Shown: piece after piece, positions 18,891 to 28,799 of the stretch | How positions within the stretch are numbered: the stretch's first letter is position 1 | Layout of the letters: each line of letters begins with the position of its first letter | Notes under the pieces: generated by a model | Databases searched by the model: none | The model's input: the letters and a program-made list of their open reading frames with translations, nothing else | What the model was told of the DNA's origin: nothing | Assembly (NCBI GenBank): GCA_963794325.1 | Contig: CAWCDG010000004.1 | Span: 1,632,001-1,696,000 of the forward strand | Source of the DNA: an uncultured delta proteobacterium | Lineage (GTDB): Bacteria > Desulfobacterota > Binatia > Binatales > Binataceae | Reading direction: 5' to 3' | DNA length: 64,000 nt | Made by a program: the position numbers and the translations under genes

Positions 18891-19742
18891 CTAGGACTTC
18901 AAGAATTCAATCGCACGCTCCGCGGCGTAGCCGGGTTTCTCCATCGGCATAAAATGCCCCGCGTCTTCCACATCGATCACGCGTCCATGCTTGAGTTGTC
19001 TCGCGACCTTTCCGGACAACGATGCACCAAGTGAATCGCCTCGCGCTCCAAAAATTATCAGCAGCGGCGCCTTGCAGCGGAGAATTCGCCCGAGACCATC
19101 GAAGTCGCGCGCCGTCTCGTAGAATTTCGCTTCAACCTCCGGCGCGCACTTGAGTTCTCGCTTGCCATCACTCGTCGGCCGCGTGCCGAACTCGCAATAG
19201 TCGCGCAGTATGTCGTTGCGCCAGGTTTTGTAGGGCGGCTTCTTCTCGAAGTTCGCGAACATCGCGTCGACGCTGTCGAAGATGCGCCTGCGCTTCAGCG
19301 TCCGCTCGATGAACGGATTGCGCCATCCGAGTTCCGGCGCGTCCGGCGATTCGAAAATTACCGGCTCGAGCAGTACCGCTCGTGAGATCAAGTCTGGGCG
19401 CTCGTTCGCGAGTGAGCCAATTGCTGTCGCGCCAGCGGAATGGCCAATCGCGCGGATACCCGACCAGCCCATCGCGGTTATAAACCCTTTGAGGTCGCGC
19501 ATCGTCGCGTCCCACGTATAATCGCCGTTGGGCGCGGGCGAACTGTCGCCGTGCGCGCGCTGATCGTAGCTATAAACGTGACCGATCGCGCGCAACCGCT
19601 CTGCAAGCGGCCGATAGATGCGGCCGAGAAATCCGGTGGCGTGCAGGATCACGATCGGCGGCCCATCACCGCCCCAGTCCAGGGTGTGCAGCCTGATGCC
19701 ATTGACGGTCACGAAGCTGCTAACGGGTTCAGCTTTTTCCAT
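18891..19742 (-). CDS. Alpha/beta hydrolase
   Basis: LHATGF, DQRAHGDS, GHSAG nucleophile elbow, GHFMPME. Confidence 0.9.
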   Translation of the reverse strand: MEKAEPVSSFVTVNGIRLHTLDWGGDGPPIVILHATGFLGRIYRPLAERLRAIGHVYSYDQRAHGDSSPAPNGDYTWDATMRDLKGFITAMGWSGIRAIGHSAGATAIGSLANERPDLISRAVLLEPVIFESPDAPELGWRNPFIERTLKRRRIFDSVDAMFANFEKKPPYKTWRNDILRDYCEFGTRPTSDGKRELKCAPEVEAKFYETARDFDGLGRILRCKAPLLIIFGARGDSLGASLSGKVARQLKHGRVIDVEDAGHFMPMEKPGYAAERAIEFLKS

Positions 19743-21063
19743 CTTCAAGTTTGCGGGTGTCCAACGTTTCAGCGGTCCGCGTTGTGTTCGATCCGGTCGT
19801 CTGCCGCGCGAGCGGCTTTGCTTCGAGGGAACAAATATCCTGGAGCGTGATGGTCTTGAGAAGACTGTCCCGCACCGCATCGATCTTCCCGAGCACGAGG
19901 TCCACTCGGGGATCGGCGTCGTGAGCGCCGCGATCAAAGTCGACAGATTTGATAGCGTCCGCCAGCACGATCCGGGACGGGTCGCGTGTCAGGAACAATC
20001 CCTGATTCAGCGAACCGGAATTAGGATCGGCTTCGATCACAAAGCCTGCCTCCTTGAGCCCGTCGACGATCGGCTTAATCGTAGCTTCGGGTACGATGAG
20101 TTCGTGCGACAGCGTCCACGACGTGATGTCGTCGCCGCCGTGGTAAGCGCGGTCCGCCAGCCGAGTCAGGATATGCATCGTGGCCGAATACAGAAAATTC
20201 GGTGAGGTCGGCCCAAGCAACGGTGGGATGTCACCGCGCTGAATCGACGCGGTGAGCTCGGCGCCGAAAAGAATTATCGACCATGCAATGTATATCCACA
20301 TCAGGAAAATCGGCAGCGTCGCCATCGCGCCATAGATCGCCCGATAGTTGGCGACACCCACCTGAAAGCGCACGTAGCCCCACTGCGCGAGCTGAAAAAG
20401 CACGGCGGTCACAAACGAACCGATCGCCGCTGGACCGTATCGCACCTTCGTATACGGGAAAAAAATGTACAGAAAAAAGAATCCGGTCCACACGAACAAG
20501 TACGGCACCAGCTCGGTGACAAATGGAAATGCAGAAATCCGCACCGAGAAAACTGCGGTGAAGCCGAGCGCCGCCACGATCAGAAACGGCACCGTGAACA
20601 GCACGCTCAGGTAATCGGAGAACTTGCGGAAATAACTGCGGCTCTGCGGCACATTGAAGATCGCGTTGAGCGCCTGCTCAACCGTGCCCATCGTGGATAT
20701 GACCGTGATGAGCAAGAAGGCGCCGCCCGCCGATCCCAGCGCCGCCGCATTGACGTTCTCGACGTAGCCCATCAGCTGTGACGACGACGAACCGAGTCCA
20801 AGGTATTGCTCGACCAATGGACGCAACTTTTCCGCGCCACCGAATCCCTTAACCGCGGAAAACGCGAGCGCGAGAATCGGCACGATCGACAACACGACCG
20901 TGAAAGTCAGCGCCGACGCGCGCAGCAGGTCGTTATTGTTGATGAAGGCTTCGACCGCGTGATTCAGGATGTGCCAGACGCGAAGCGCGGTGGTGTGCTT
21001 CGATACCCTGGCCTCGAGGTCCTGCGTCTTGTTTTCGAGCCAGCTGGGAGCGTGTTGCGCCAC
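19729..21063 (-). CDS. YihY/BrkB family inner membrane protein with C-terminal winged helix
   Basis: RASALTFTVVLSIVP, YRAIYGAMATLPIFLMWIYIAWSIILFGAE; multiple TM segments. Confidence 0.9.
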   Translation of the reverse strand: MAQHAPSWLENKTQDLEARVSKHTTALRVWHILNHAVEAFINNNDLLRASALTFTVVLSIVPILALAFSAVKGFGGAEKLRPLVEQYLGLGSSSSQLMGYVENVNAAALGSAGGAFLLITVISTMGTVEQALNAIFNVPQSRSYFRKFSDYLSVLFTVPFLIVAALGFTAVFSVRISAFPFVTELVPYLFVWTGFFFLYIFFPYTKVRYGPAAIGSFVTAVLFQLAQWGYVRFQVGVANYRAIYGAMATLPIFLMWIYIAWSIILFGAELTASIQRGDIPPLLGPTSPNFLYSATMHILTRLADRAYHGGDDITSWTLSHELIVPEATIKPIVDGLKEAGFVIEADPNSGSLNQGLFLTRDPSRIVLADAIKSVDFDRGAHDADPRVDLVLGKIDAVRDSLLKTITLQDICSLEAKPLARQTTGSNTTRTAETLDTRKLEDGKS

Positions 21064-21196
21064 GTTAGTTCCAGGATTGCGCCGCCGCCGATTTGCCCGT
21101 CACGGATTGATTGTCAGGGCACGAGTTGCGCGATGTCAAGTGAGCGGTCCTGGCGTGCGTTGCGCGCCCATCGGCTTTGCGATTAGCTCATCGTTC

Positions 21197-23644
21197 ATGG
21201 CTCGGCTCGTACCGCACGGAAAATATCTCTTCGACGGCGCGCAAAAGTTCTACATTCGCGGCGTTTCGTACGGCCCGTTCGCTCCAAATTCGCGCGGCGA
21301 AAGATATCCCGAGCCCGAGCGCGCCGCCGCGGATTTCGCGCTGATGAAGAGCCTCGGCGCCAACCTGATTCGTCTCTACGTTCCGCCGCCGTCGTGGATG
21401 GTCGAAGAGGCTCAGAAGGCCGGTTTGCGCATGATGCTCGGCATCCCGTGGCCATTCCACATGGCGTTCCTCGATTCGGCCGACATGATGCGCGAAATTC
21501 GCGACGCGATTCGCAAGACGGTTCTCGACACGCGTCAATTCGGCGAGACGATCGCGGCGTACAGCATCGGCAACGAGATTCGCTCGGATATCGTACGGTG
21601 GCACGGGCCGCGCGCGGTCAGCCGCTTTCTCGCTGAGCTCCGTGACATCGGAAAGCAGATCGACCACGACGCGCTTTTCACTTACTCGAACTATCCATCG
21701 GCCGAATATCTTGATCTGAGTTTTCTCGATTTCATTTCGTTCAACGTGTATCTGCATCGCGAAGAAGATTTCCGCCGTTACCTCTCTCATCTGATGGGAC
21801 AAGCGGGCGAGTTGCCGCTGGTGCTCAGCGAAACCGGGATGGATACGATTCGCGAAGGCGAGGAGCATCAGGCGGAACTCCTTTCATGGCAGTGCCGCGC
21901 GGCGTTCGAAATCGGATTGTCCGGCTTCATCGTGTTCGCGTTCACCGACGAATGGCATACCGGCGGCGCCGAGATTACCGATTGGGCATTCGGGCTGACC
22001 CGCCGCGATCGCTCGCCGAAACTCGCCTTCGATGCGGTCGGTAAAGTCTTCAGCGAAAAACTGCCGCCTACGCTCGTGACCGCTCCCAAAGCGACAGTGG
22101 TCGTCGCCGCCTACAATGCGGCGTCGACGCTCGGCGAATGTCTCTCCTCGATTCGCGAGCTCAACTATCCGGACTACGAAACAATCGTCGTCGACGACGG
22201 CTCGACCGATTCGACGTCTGAAGTCGCCAACCAGGACGGCATCCGCGCGATTCGCGTCGAGCACAAGGGCCTCGCTGCAGCGCGCAACGCCGGCGTCGAT
22301 GCGGCATCAGGCGAAATCGTCGCGTTTATCGACGCCGACGCGCGCGCCGATCGCGACTGGCTGTATCACCTGGTCGAGACGATTAAGCGCCGCGATGCGG
22401 CCGCAGCCGCTGGTCCGAATTTCGCTCCCGATCCGCAATCTGCGCGCGCCGCTGCGATGGCTGCCGCTCCCGGGCTGCCGCGCGAGGTGCGCGCAGGTGA
22501 CGATCGCCTCGCGCAACTGTGCGGATGCAACATGGCGGTCACCAAGGCTGCGCTGCTTAAGATCGCGAGGTTCGATCCGATGTTCACTGCCGCGGGCGAC
22601 GATGTCGATCTCTCGTGGCGTCTCACGGCGGCGGGTGAAACGCTCGCATACGCTCCTGGAGCCGTCGTGATTCACGAAAGGCGCGCGACGCTAGCCGGCT
22701 ATCTCCGCCAGCAGCGAGGCTACGGCACCGGCGAAGGCCTGCTGTTCCGCAAATATCCTCTGCGCAGCGCATACCAGGACGGAATGTACGCCGGCCCATC
22801 ATGGATCGGGTCGATCCTCGGCGGCGCGCGCATCTACTACGGCGAATTCGGCCGCGGCCTCTTTCAGACCGTCTATTCCGCCGACAATTCGTACGCTGAA
22901 CTGCCGCTGACCATTCAATGGATCGGCTTGTCACTGATTTTTCTGATCCTCGGCAGCGTCAATCGTTTGATGGGCGTGCTCGGTGCTGGAGGAATAGCCG
23001 TCTCGATTTTAGTCGCAGCGGCTGGTACGGCATTCGCTCCGCTGCCGCGCGAGCATTCCGGGCCAATGGCGCGAATCTATCTCCTGGTTGTCAATTTGCT
23101 CGGCCCAATTGTTCGGAGCCTGGCGCGCGAGCGAGTCAGATGGCGATTCGAACCCGACGCCAGCACTGATTCTAATGGTCCGGTCGAGTTACGCGGCCAG
23201 ATCGAATTCAACGCGCCAGAAGAAGCTGCCAGGATCGACTCAGCCACCATCCTCGACGCGCTCCGCGACTCACTGGTGCACCGCGGCGTCGCAGTCGCCG
23301 TGACCGACGGCTTCCAATCCTACGATCTCGAAGTCGTCGTTCCGCCGATGATTCGCGTGCCGATCAATGCCCTGCGCAAGGACGCCCGCACCGCACTGCT
23401 CTGGCGTGTCCGACCCGCCCCGCGAAATGTACTAATCGGTGCGGCAGTGACATTCGTTTTGTTGGCAGCCGCCTTTTCGTTGGGCGCAGCAATCGTCGGC
23501 GTCGCACTTGCCGCTCTGGCAGTGGGGCTGTTCGCGATCACCCGCGCCAGACGAATTCCTGCGATTATCAGCGCGAGCGCCGCAGAAGTAGCCAGCTCAC
23601 TCGGAATCTCAATCGCAACGGGCGCAGAAGACGAATCTCGATGA
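21197..23644 (+). CDS. Glycoside hydrolase TIM-barrel (GH-A clan, GH2-like) fused to GT2 glycosyltransferase and membrane domain
   Basis: GVSYGPF, GANLIRLY, IGNE acid/base, LSETG nucleophile; VVDDGSTD, FIDAD, GDDVD, QQRGY. Confidence 0.87.
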   Translation: MARLVPHGKYLFDGAQKFYIRGVSYGPFAPNSRGERYPEPERAAADFALMKSLGANLIRLYVPPPSWMVEEAQKAGLRMMLGIPWPFHMAFLDSADMMREIRDAIRKTVLDTRQFGETIAAYSIGNEIRSDIVRWHGPRAVSRFLAELRDIGKQIDHDALFTYSNYPSAEYLDLSFLDFISFNVYLHREEDFRRYLSHLMGQAGELPLVLSETGMDTIREGEEHQAELLSWQCRAAFEIGLSGFIVFAFTDEWHTGGAEITDWAFGLTRRDRSPKLAFDAVGKVFSEKLPPTLVTAPKATVVVAAYNAASTLGECLSSIRELNYPDYETIVVDDGSTDSTSEVANQDGIRAIRVEHKGLAAARNAGVDAASGEIVAFIDADARADRDWLYHLVETIKRRDAAAAAGPNFAPDPQSARAAAMAAAPGLPREVRAGDDRLAQLCGCNMAVTKAALLKIARFDPMFTAAGDDVDLSWRLTAAGETLAYAPGAVVIHERRATLAGYLRQQRGYGTGEGLLFRKYPLRSAYQDGMYAGPSWIGSILGGARIYYGEFGRGLFQTVYSADNSYAELPLTIQWIGLSLIFLILGSVNRLMGVLGAGGIAVSILVAAAGTAFAPLPREHSGPMARIYLLVVNLLGPIVRSLARERVRWRFEPDASTDSNGPVELRGQIEFNAPEEAARIDSATILDALRDSLVHRGVAVAVTDGFQSYDLEVVVPPMIRVPINALRKDARTALLWRVRPAPRNVLIGAAVTFVLLAAAFSLGAAIVGVALAALAVGLFAITRARRIPAIISASAAEVASSLGISIATGAEDESR

Positions 23645-25419
23645 CCACGCTGGAACTCTACGGCCACGTTATTCGCCGGATGCGCCCGCACCTCGGCCGT
23701 CTCGCGATCGCGATCGCGGGCGTGCTGCTTGCCGCCGCGACCGAAGTGCTCAAGCCATGGCCGCTGAAGATTGTGATCGACAACGTGCTGCGCGGCGTAC
23801 CGCTCGTGAGCTCCTGGATTCCGCCGATGGCGCGCGCGGAGCTTCTCATCGTCGCGTGCATCGGTCTCGTAATCCTGTACACGCTGCTCGGCCTGCTCAA
23901 CGTCGTGACGAATTACGTCACCATTTCGATCGGCCAGCGGATGGTCAACGAGTTGCGCGCGCGTCTGTTCGATCATCTGCAGCGCCTCTCGCTGTCATTC
24001 CATCGCCGCCGCGAAGTCGGCGACCTGATGGTGCGAATCACCTACGACACCTACTCGATTCAAACCATCGCGATGAACGGGTTCTTCCCGGTGCTGTCGT
24101 CGCTGATTCTGCTCGGCGGGATGTTCGTCGTGATGATCAGGATGGATGCGACGCTGACGCTCGTCGCGCTCGCGATCATCCCGCTGCTCATTTTGCTGAT
24201 AATGTCGATCAGCGGCCGCATCGACGCAATCGCCGGCGGCGCGCGAATAAAGGAGAGTCGGCTTTACACCGTCGCGCAGAGCGCACTCGCCGCGATTCAC
24301 GTCGTGCAAGCGTTTACTCGCGAAGGCGAGTCGTATCGCGAGTTCGTCGAGTCGAGCAGCGCGAGCCTCGACGCGACCCTGCGCCTCTACACTCTGCAGA
24401 CGCTGTACGCCGGCGCGGTCGGTGTGCTGATCGCATGCGGCACCGCGCTCGTGATTTACCTCGGCGCGCAACACGTCCTCGACGGCCGTCTCACCATCGG
24501 CGCCTTGATCGTATTCATCACGTATCTCGCCTCGCTCTACGCTCCGGTGAATCAGATCTCGCAAACCTACGGGCAGATCGAAGGCGCCAAGGCGGGACTC
24601 CGACGATGCCTCGAGTTACTCGCGATCGATCCCGAAATCAAGGATCGCGCGGGCGCGCAGACTCTCGGCCGCGCGCGCGGCGAAATAGAATTCGACAACG
24701 TAGTGTTTGGTTATGAACCCGGCCGCACCGTGCTCAAGGGGATCAATTTCAAAGCGTCGCCCGGCGAGACGATTGCGATCGTCGGTCCGAGCGGTTCCGG
24801 GAAAACCACGATGGCCAGTCTGCTCGCGCGCTTTTATGAGCCGCAGGGCGGTGCGATCAAAATCGACGGCAACGACACGCGCTACCTCACGCTCGATTCG
24901 GTCCGCGGCAATATTGCGATGGTGCTGCAGCCGCCGCTGGTGCTCGGCGACACGATGCGCGTCAACGTCGCGTTCGGGAAGCCCGCCGTCGATGACGCCA
25001 AGGTGCTGCGCGCAATCGAGATGGCGCGTCTAGAAACCGTCCTCGCCAAGCTACCCGGCGGTCTCGACGAAGTGCTGGGGCAGGGCGGTCACAGTCTTTC
25101 CGAGGGCGAGGCGCAGCGCGTGACGATCGCGCGCGCGCTCCTGAAGGACGCGCCGATTCTGATCATGGATGAGCCGACCAGCGCGCTCGACGCCGAGACC
25201 GAATCGATGGTGCTGTCCGCCGTGCGCGAGGCGATGCGCGGGCGGACCACTCTGGTCATCGCGCACCGGCTCTCGACGATTCAGAACGCCGATCGAATCC
25301 TGGTGCTGCGCGACGGCGCGATCGTCGAGCACGGATCGTTCGACGAGTTGCTGGCTCGCGGCGGCTTCTTCAGCTACCTCTACAATATCCAGGCTTGGAG
25401 CAAGGAAGCCGCCGGCTGA
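23641..25419 (+). CDS. ABC exporter, fused permease/ATPase (MsbA/MdlB-type)
   Basis: TM domain; Walker A GPSGSGKT, signature LSEGEAQR, Walker B ILIMDE, IAHRL; ATGA coupling to the upstream gene. Confidence 0.93.
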   Translation: MTTLELYGHVIRRMRPHLGRLAIAIAGVLLAAATEVLKPWPLKIVIDNVLRGVPLVSSWIPPMARAELLIVACIGLVILYTLLGLLNVVTNYVTISIGQRMVNELRARLFDHLQRLSLSFHRRREVGDLMVRITYDTYSIQTIAMNGFFPVLSSLILLGGMFVVMIRMDATLTLVALAIIPLLILLIMSISGRIDAIAGGARIKESRLYTVAQSALAAIHVVQAFTREGESYREFVESSSASLDATLRLYTLQTLYAGAVGVLIACGTALVIYLGAQHVLDGRLTIGALIVFITYLASLYAPVNQISQTYGQIEGAKAGLRRCLELLAIDPEIKDRAGAQTLGRARGEIEFDNVVFGYEPGRTVLKGINFKASPGETIAIVGPSGSGKTTMASLLARFYEPQGGAIKIDGNDTRYLTLDSVRGNIAMVLQPPLVLGDTMRVNVAFGKPAVDDAKVLRAIEMARLETVLAKLPGGLDEVLGQGGHSLSEGEAQRVTIARALLKDAPILIMDEPTSALDAETESMVLSAVREAMRGRTTLVIAHRLSTIQNADRILVLRDGAIVEHGSFDELLARGGFFSYLYNIQAWSKEAAG

Positions 25420-25429
25420 AATTTTCAAA

Positions 25430-26035
25430 ATGCTTACGATTGGTCTCACTGGTGGAATCGGCTCGGGCAAGAGCACCGTCGCGCAAATCCTCGGCGAGTT
25501 CGGCGCGCCAATTCTCGATGCCGACAAAGTCGCCCACACCACTTACGCGCCCGGCGCTCCCGCCTACGACGCCGTCATCGCAGCTTTCGGCAACGATGTA
25601 GTCGCCGCCGATCGCACGATCGATCGCAGGAAACTCGGCGCCATCGTGTTTGGCAGTCCCGAGCGGCTGAACAAACTGACGTCGATCGTATGGCCCGCGA
25701 CGCGCGAGAGCATCCGCCGCAACGTCGCCGATTTGCGCGCGAACGGCGCGAAGCTGCCGATCGTCGTCGAGGCCGCTATTTTGATCGAGGCAAACTGGCA
25801 GGCGCTATTCGACGAAATCTGGCTGGTGCGTGCTTCGCGCGAACAAGTCGTCACCCGAATCGAAAGCCAGCGCGGCCTGAAACCAGCCGAGACCGAGGCG
25901 CGCATCCGAGCGCAATTGTCCGACGAGGAGCGCTCAAAGCACGCGACGCTTGTGATCGAAAACAACGGCTCGCTCGAAGACCTGCGCGAGCTACTCAAGA
26001 CGGTGTGGGCCGAGGCCCTCAAGCGCAACGGCTAA
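25430..26035 (+). CDS. coaE: Dephospho-CoA kinase
   Basis: IGLTGGIGSGKST, DADKVAH, IDRRKLGAIVF, RIRAQL, VIENNG. Confidence 0.95.
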   Translation: MLTIGLTGGIGSGKSTVAQILGEFGAPILDADKVAHTTYAPGAPAYDAVIAAFGNDVVAADRTIDRRKLGAIVFGSPERLNKLTSIVWPATRESIRRNVADLRANGAKLPIVVEAAILIEANWQALFDEIWLVRASREQVVTRIESQRGLKPAETEARIRAQLSDEERSKHATLVIENNGSLEDLRELLKTVWAEALKRNG

Positions 26036-26808
26036 GCCCGAATCGCTGCCAGCACCGCGAACGTGACGACTTGTGCCAGCGCGCATCCGCCCGCCAACAT
26101 GTAGCCCGACGCGCCGCCCATCCGCCGGCTGAGCACCAGTCGCATCGCGAGTATCGTCAGCGCGAGCGTTATGATCACCGCCAGCCCGACGTTCTGATAC
26201 AGCCCCATCGTGAGTCCAAGCGCAATCACGCTCGACGCGGCGAACTCGCGAAACGAAATGCCGCCTTCATACGGGATGCCGAGTCCCCAATGCTCCAGCG
26301 GCTTCAGCCCGTAACCGATCGGAATGATCGCCCATCGCGACAGCATCATCGCCATCACGAGCGCGCCGGCTCGTCCTGCGTTGTCGGAGATTCGCGACAA
26401 GCACACGACCTCGAACGCGAACGCGCCGATCGCCGCTCCTGCGCCGAATATTCCGATTCGTGTCAATCCGGTTGACGCTGGCCGCGTCCCTCTTCGAAGC
26501 ACCTCGGCAGTGTCTGCCAATCCGCGATTCGCCAACCCAAGAGACAGTCCCGCTCCGACGATCAGCACGACGAATGAGCGTCCGATTGGCCCGAATACAA
26601 GGCCTGCGGTTCTATCGACAATTGCGAGAATCACACCGAGCACGAATCCGATAATCGGAAAATAGATCATCGCGCGCGAGCGCTGTGACGCGGTGCCCTG
26701 CGATCTTTCGTCGAGAATCGGCCACAACGTGAGCGTTGCGGCTGCCAGCACTGCTTCGAACAGCAGTTCGCGTACAGTTGGCAGACTCGTTTCGCTCGTT
26801 GATTCCAT
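26032..26808 (-). CDS. cobS: CobS (cobalamin synthase)-like membrane protein with degenerate motifs
   Basis: TLTLWP, RAMIYFPIIG, GLADTA, RIGIFG, LSRW, RRMGG layout matches CobS, but the usual His/Asp residues are replaced. Confidence 0.65.
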   Translation of the reverse strand: MESTSETSLPTVRELLFEAVLAAATLTLWPILDERSQGTASQRSRAMIYFPIIGFVLGVILAIVDRTAGLVFGPIGRSFVVLIVGAGLSLGLANRGLADTAEVLRRGTRPASTGLTRIGIFGAGAAIGAFAFEVVCLSRISDNAGRAGALVMAMMLSRWAIIPIGYGLKPLEHWGLGIPYEGGISFREFAASSVIALGLTMGLYQNVGLAVIITLALTILAMRLVLSRRMGGASGYMLAGGCALAQVVTFAVLAAIRA

Positions 26809-26866
26809 CGTGACCGAGGTTGATTACAACAGATCGCGGCGGCGCTACGATAGGCGAAGTGAAAAA

Positions 26867-27790
26867 ATGAAGATTCTGGTGATGGGTGCGGGCGCGGTGG
26901 GAGCCTACTTCGGCGCGCGGATGCGAGCGTCGGGGGAGGACGTCGTTCTATGTGCGCGCGGCGAAAATCTGCGCGCGATTCGCGAGCACGGCCTCGACAT
27001 CACGAGTATCCGCGGCGATCTCCGAATCGACGTTACCGCCACCGACACACCGCGCGACTTCGCGCCGTACGATCTGATCCTGTTCTGCGTGAAGGCCTAC
27101 GACACCGACGCTGCCGCGCGGACGATTTCAGGATGCCTCCAGCCCGGCGGCGCGATCCTGACTTTACAGAACGGCGTCGAGAACGAAGCGAAGCTGGGCG
27201 CGATTTTCGGCCGCGAAGCAGTCATGGGCGGCAACGCGCGCGTCGGAGTCGAGATGGTCGCGCCCGGGAAAATCGTGCACTTAAGCACCGGCCATATCGA
27301 CTTCGGCGAGATCGACGGGCGCCAGACGGATCGCGTAAAAGCGATCGCCGACGTGTTTCAACGTGCTGGAATCCTCGGCCAGGTCTCGACCGACATCATG
27401 ACGGCGCGATGGGACAAGCTCATCTGGAATGGCGCGCTCAACACCGTGACGACGCTGACGCGCCGGCGCGTCGGCGAAATTCTCGACGACCCCGAAGGCC
27501 TGAAACTCCTGCGCACGTTGATGCAGGAGATCGTAAACGTCGCGCGAGCCGAGGGTGCGAAAATTTCCGACGATCGCATCGACGCGTACATCGCTCACTC
27601 GCAGAAAAATCTGCGCGCGCTGAAAACCTCGACTCAGCAGGACCTCGAACGCGGCAAGGCGCTGGAATACGAAGCTCTTAGTGGCGCAGTCGTGCGCGCC
27701 GCACGTCGTCACAAAATCAGCGTCCCAACCGTCGAAACGATCTACACGTTGTTGCGGCTTCTGGACGGTGCGCCGAAGAGGAGTACCTGA
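26867..27790 (+). CDS. panE: 2-dehydropantoate 2-reductase
   Basis: GAGAVG, VKAYD, LQNG, WDKLIWN, STQQD, LEYEALSG. Confidence 0.92.
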   Translation: MKILVMGAGAVGAYFGARMRASGEDVVLCARGENLRAIREHGLDITSIRGDLRIDVTATDTPRDFAPYDLILFCVKAYDTDAAARTISGCLQPGGAILTLQNGVENEAKLGAIFGREAVMGGNARVGVEMVAPGKIVHLSTGHIDFGEIDGRQTDRVKAIADVFQRAGILGQVSTDIMTARWDKLIWNGALNTVTTLTRRRVGEILDDPEGLKLLRTLMQEIVNVARAEGAKISDDRIDAYIAHSQKNLRALKTSTQQDLERGKALEYEALSGAVVRAARRHKISVPTVETIYTLLRLLDGAPKRST

Positions 27791-27811
27791 GGATTGTGGT
27801 TGATGCCGAAG

Positions 27812-27854
27812 AACCTAACCCCTAACCCCTTCCCGAGCGGGAAGGGGGACCGGA
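27812..27854 (+). repeat. REP-like family A copy 2
   Basis: AACCTAACCCCTAACCCCTTCCCGAGCGGGAAGGGGGACCGGA between convergent genes. Confidence 0.9.
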
Positions 27855-27884
27855 TTTTGAGGGGACCGGATTTAATTCGAGTAA

Positions 27885-28604
27885 TTATCTCTTTTCGAAC
27901 TGCTTGTTGCCGAAAAGGATCTCCCATGCCTTTGGATCTTGCGGTGGCTGATTCGCCGCCGCAGCTGCGCGCATCTTCTCGACGATCTCGCTCATCACTG
28001 CGAAGCCGCGCTGGGTTGCGGGACGCGCGCGCAGCTCGTCGTACCATTTTTTCAGATTCGGGAAATCTTCGAGCGCCTGTCCCTGCATCGAATGCGGCAC
28101 CAGCCACGGGTAGGTTGCGATATCGGCAATCGAGTAATCGCCCGCCAGGTACTTCGCTTCGCCTAGCCGCTTGTCGATCACGCCATAGATGCGCTTGGCC
28201 TCGTTGGTGTAGCGGTTGATCGCATACTCGATTTTCTCGGGCGCGTAGCGGCGAAAGTGATGCGCCTGGCCGAGCATCGGGCCGACGCTCGCCATCTGGA
28301 ACATCAGCCATTGGATCACGTTGTATTTTCCGCGGGTGTCCGACGGCATCAGCTTGCCGGTCTTCTCGGCGAGGTACATCAGGATCGCGCCCGATTCGAA
28401 CATCGCGATCGGCTTCCCGCCGGGACCGTCGGGATCGATGATCGCGGGCATCCGATTGTTCGGGCTGATTTTCAGAAACTCGGGCTTGAACTGATCGCCC
28501 GCGCCGATATTGACCGGAATCACATTGTACTTGAGGCCGACTTCCTCGAGCATCCACGTGATCTTGTAGCCGTTGGGCGTTGGCCAGAAATATAAATCGA
28601 TCAT
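27885..28604 (-). CDS. Glutathione S-transferase, YfcG/YghU-like
   Basis: MIDLYFWPTPNG, ISPNNRMPAI, FESGAIL, SIADIA. Confidence 0.93.
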   Translation of the reverse strand: MIDLYFWPTPNGYKITWMLEEVGLKYNVIPVNIGAGDQFKPEFLKISPNNRMPAIIDPDGPGGKPIAMFESGAILMYLAEKTGKLMPSDTRGKYNVIQWLMFQMASVGPMLGQAHHFRRYAPEKIEYAINRYTNEAKRIYGVIDKRLGEAKYLAGDYSIADIATYPWLVPHSMQGQALEDFPNLKKWYDELRARPATQRGFAVMSEIVEKMRAAAAANQPPQDPKAWEILFGNKQFEKR

Positions 28605-28799
28605 CCGCGACTCCTTGTTCGATTCGTCGAGAGCGTCCGTTTCATATTGCAACTTTGATCAGTCGCACGCGCGACGCAACATGAAAATCAGCCGAGGCGC
28701 GTAACCTTCAGCTCGGCATTCGCATCAAAATGCAGCGATGGTTAATCTTAAGGAAAGCCCCCCTCAGGTTACGACCGTCGTTTGAAGAGGAACATTCTG

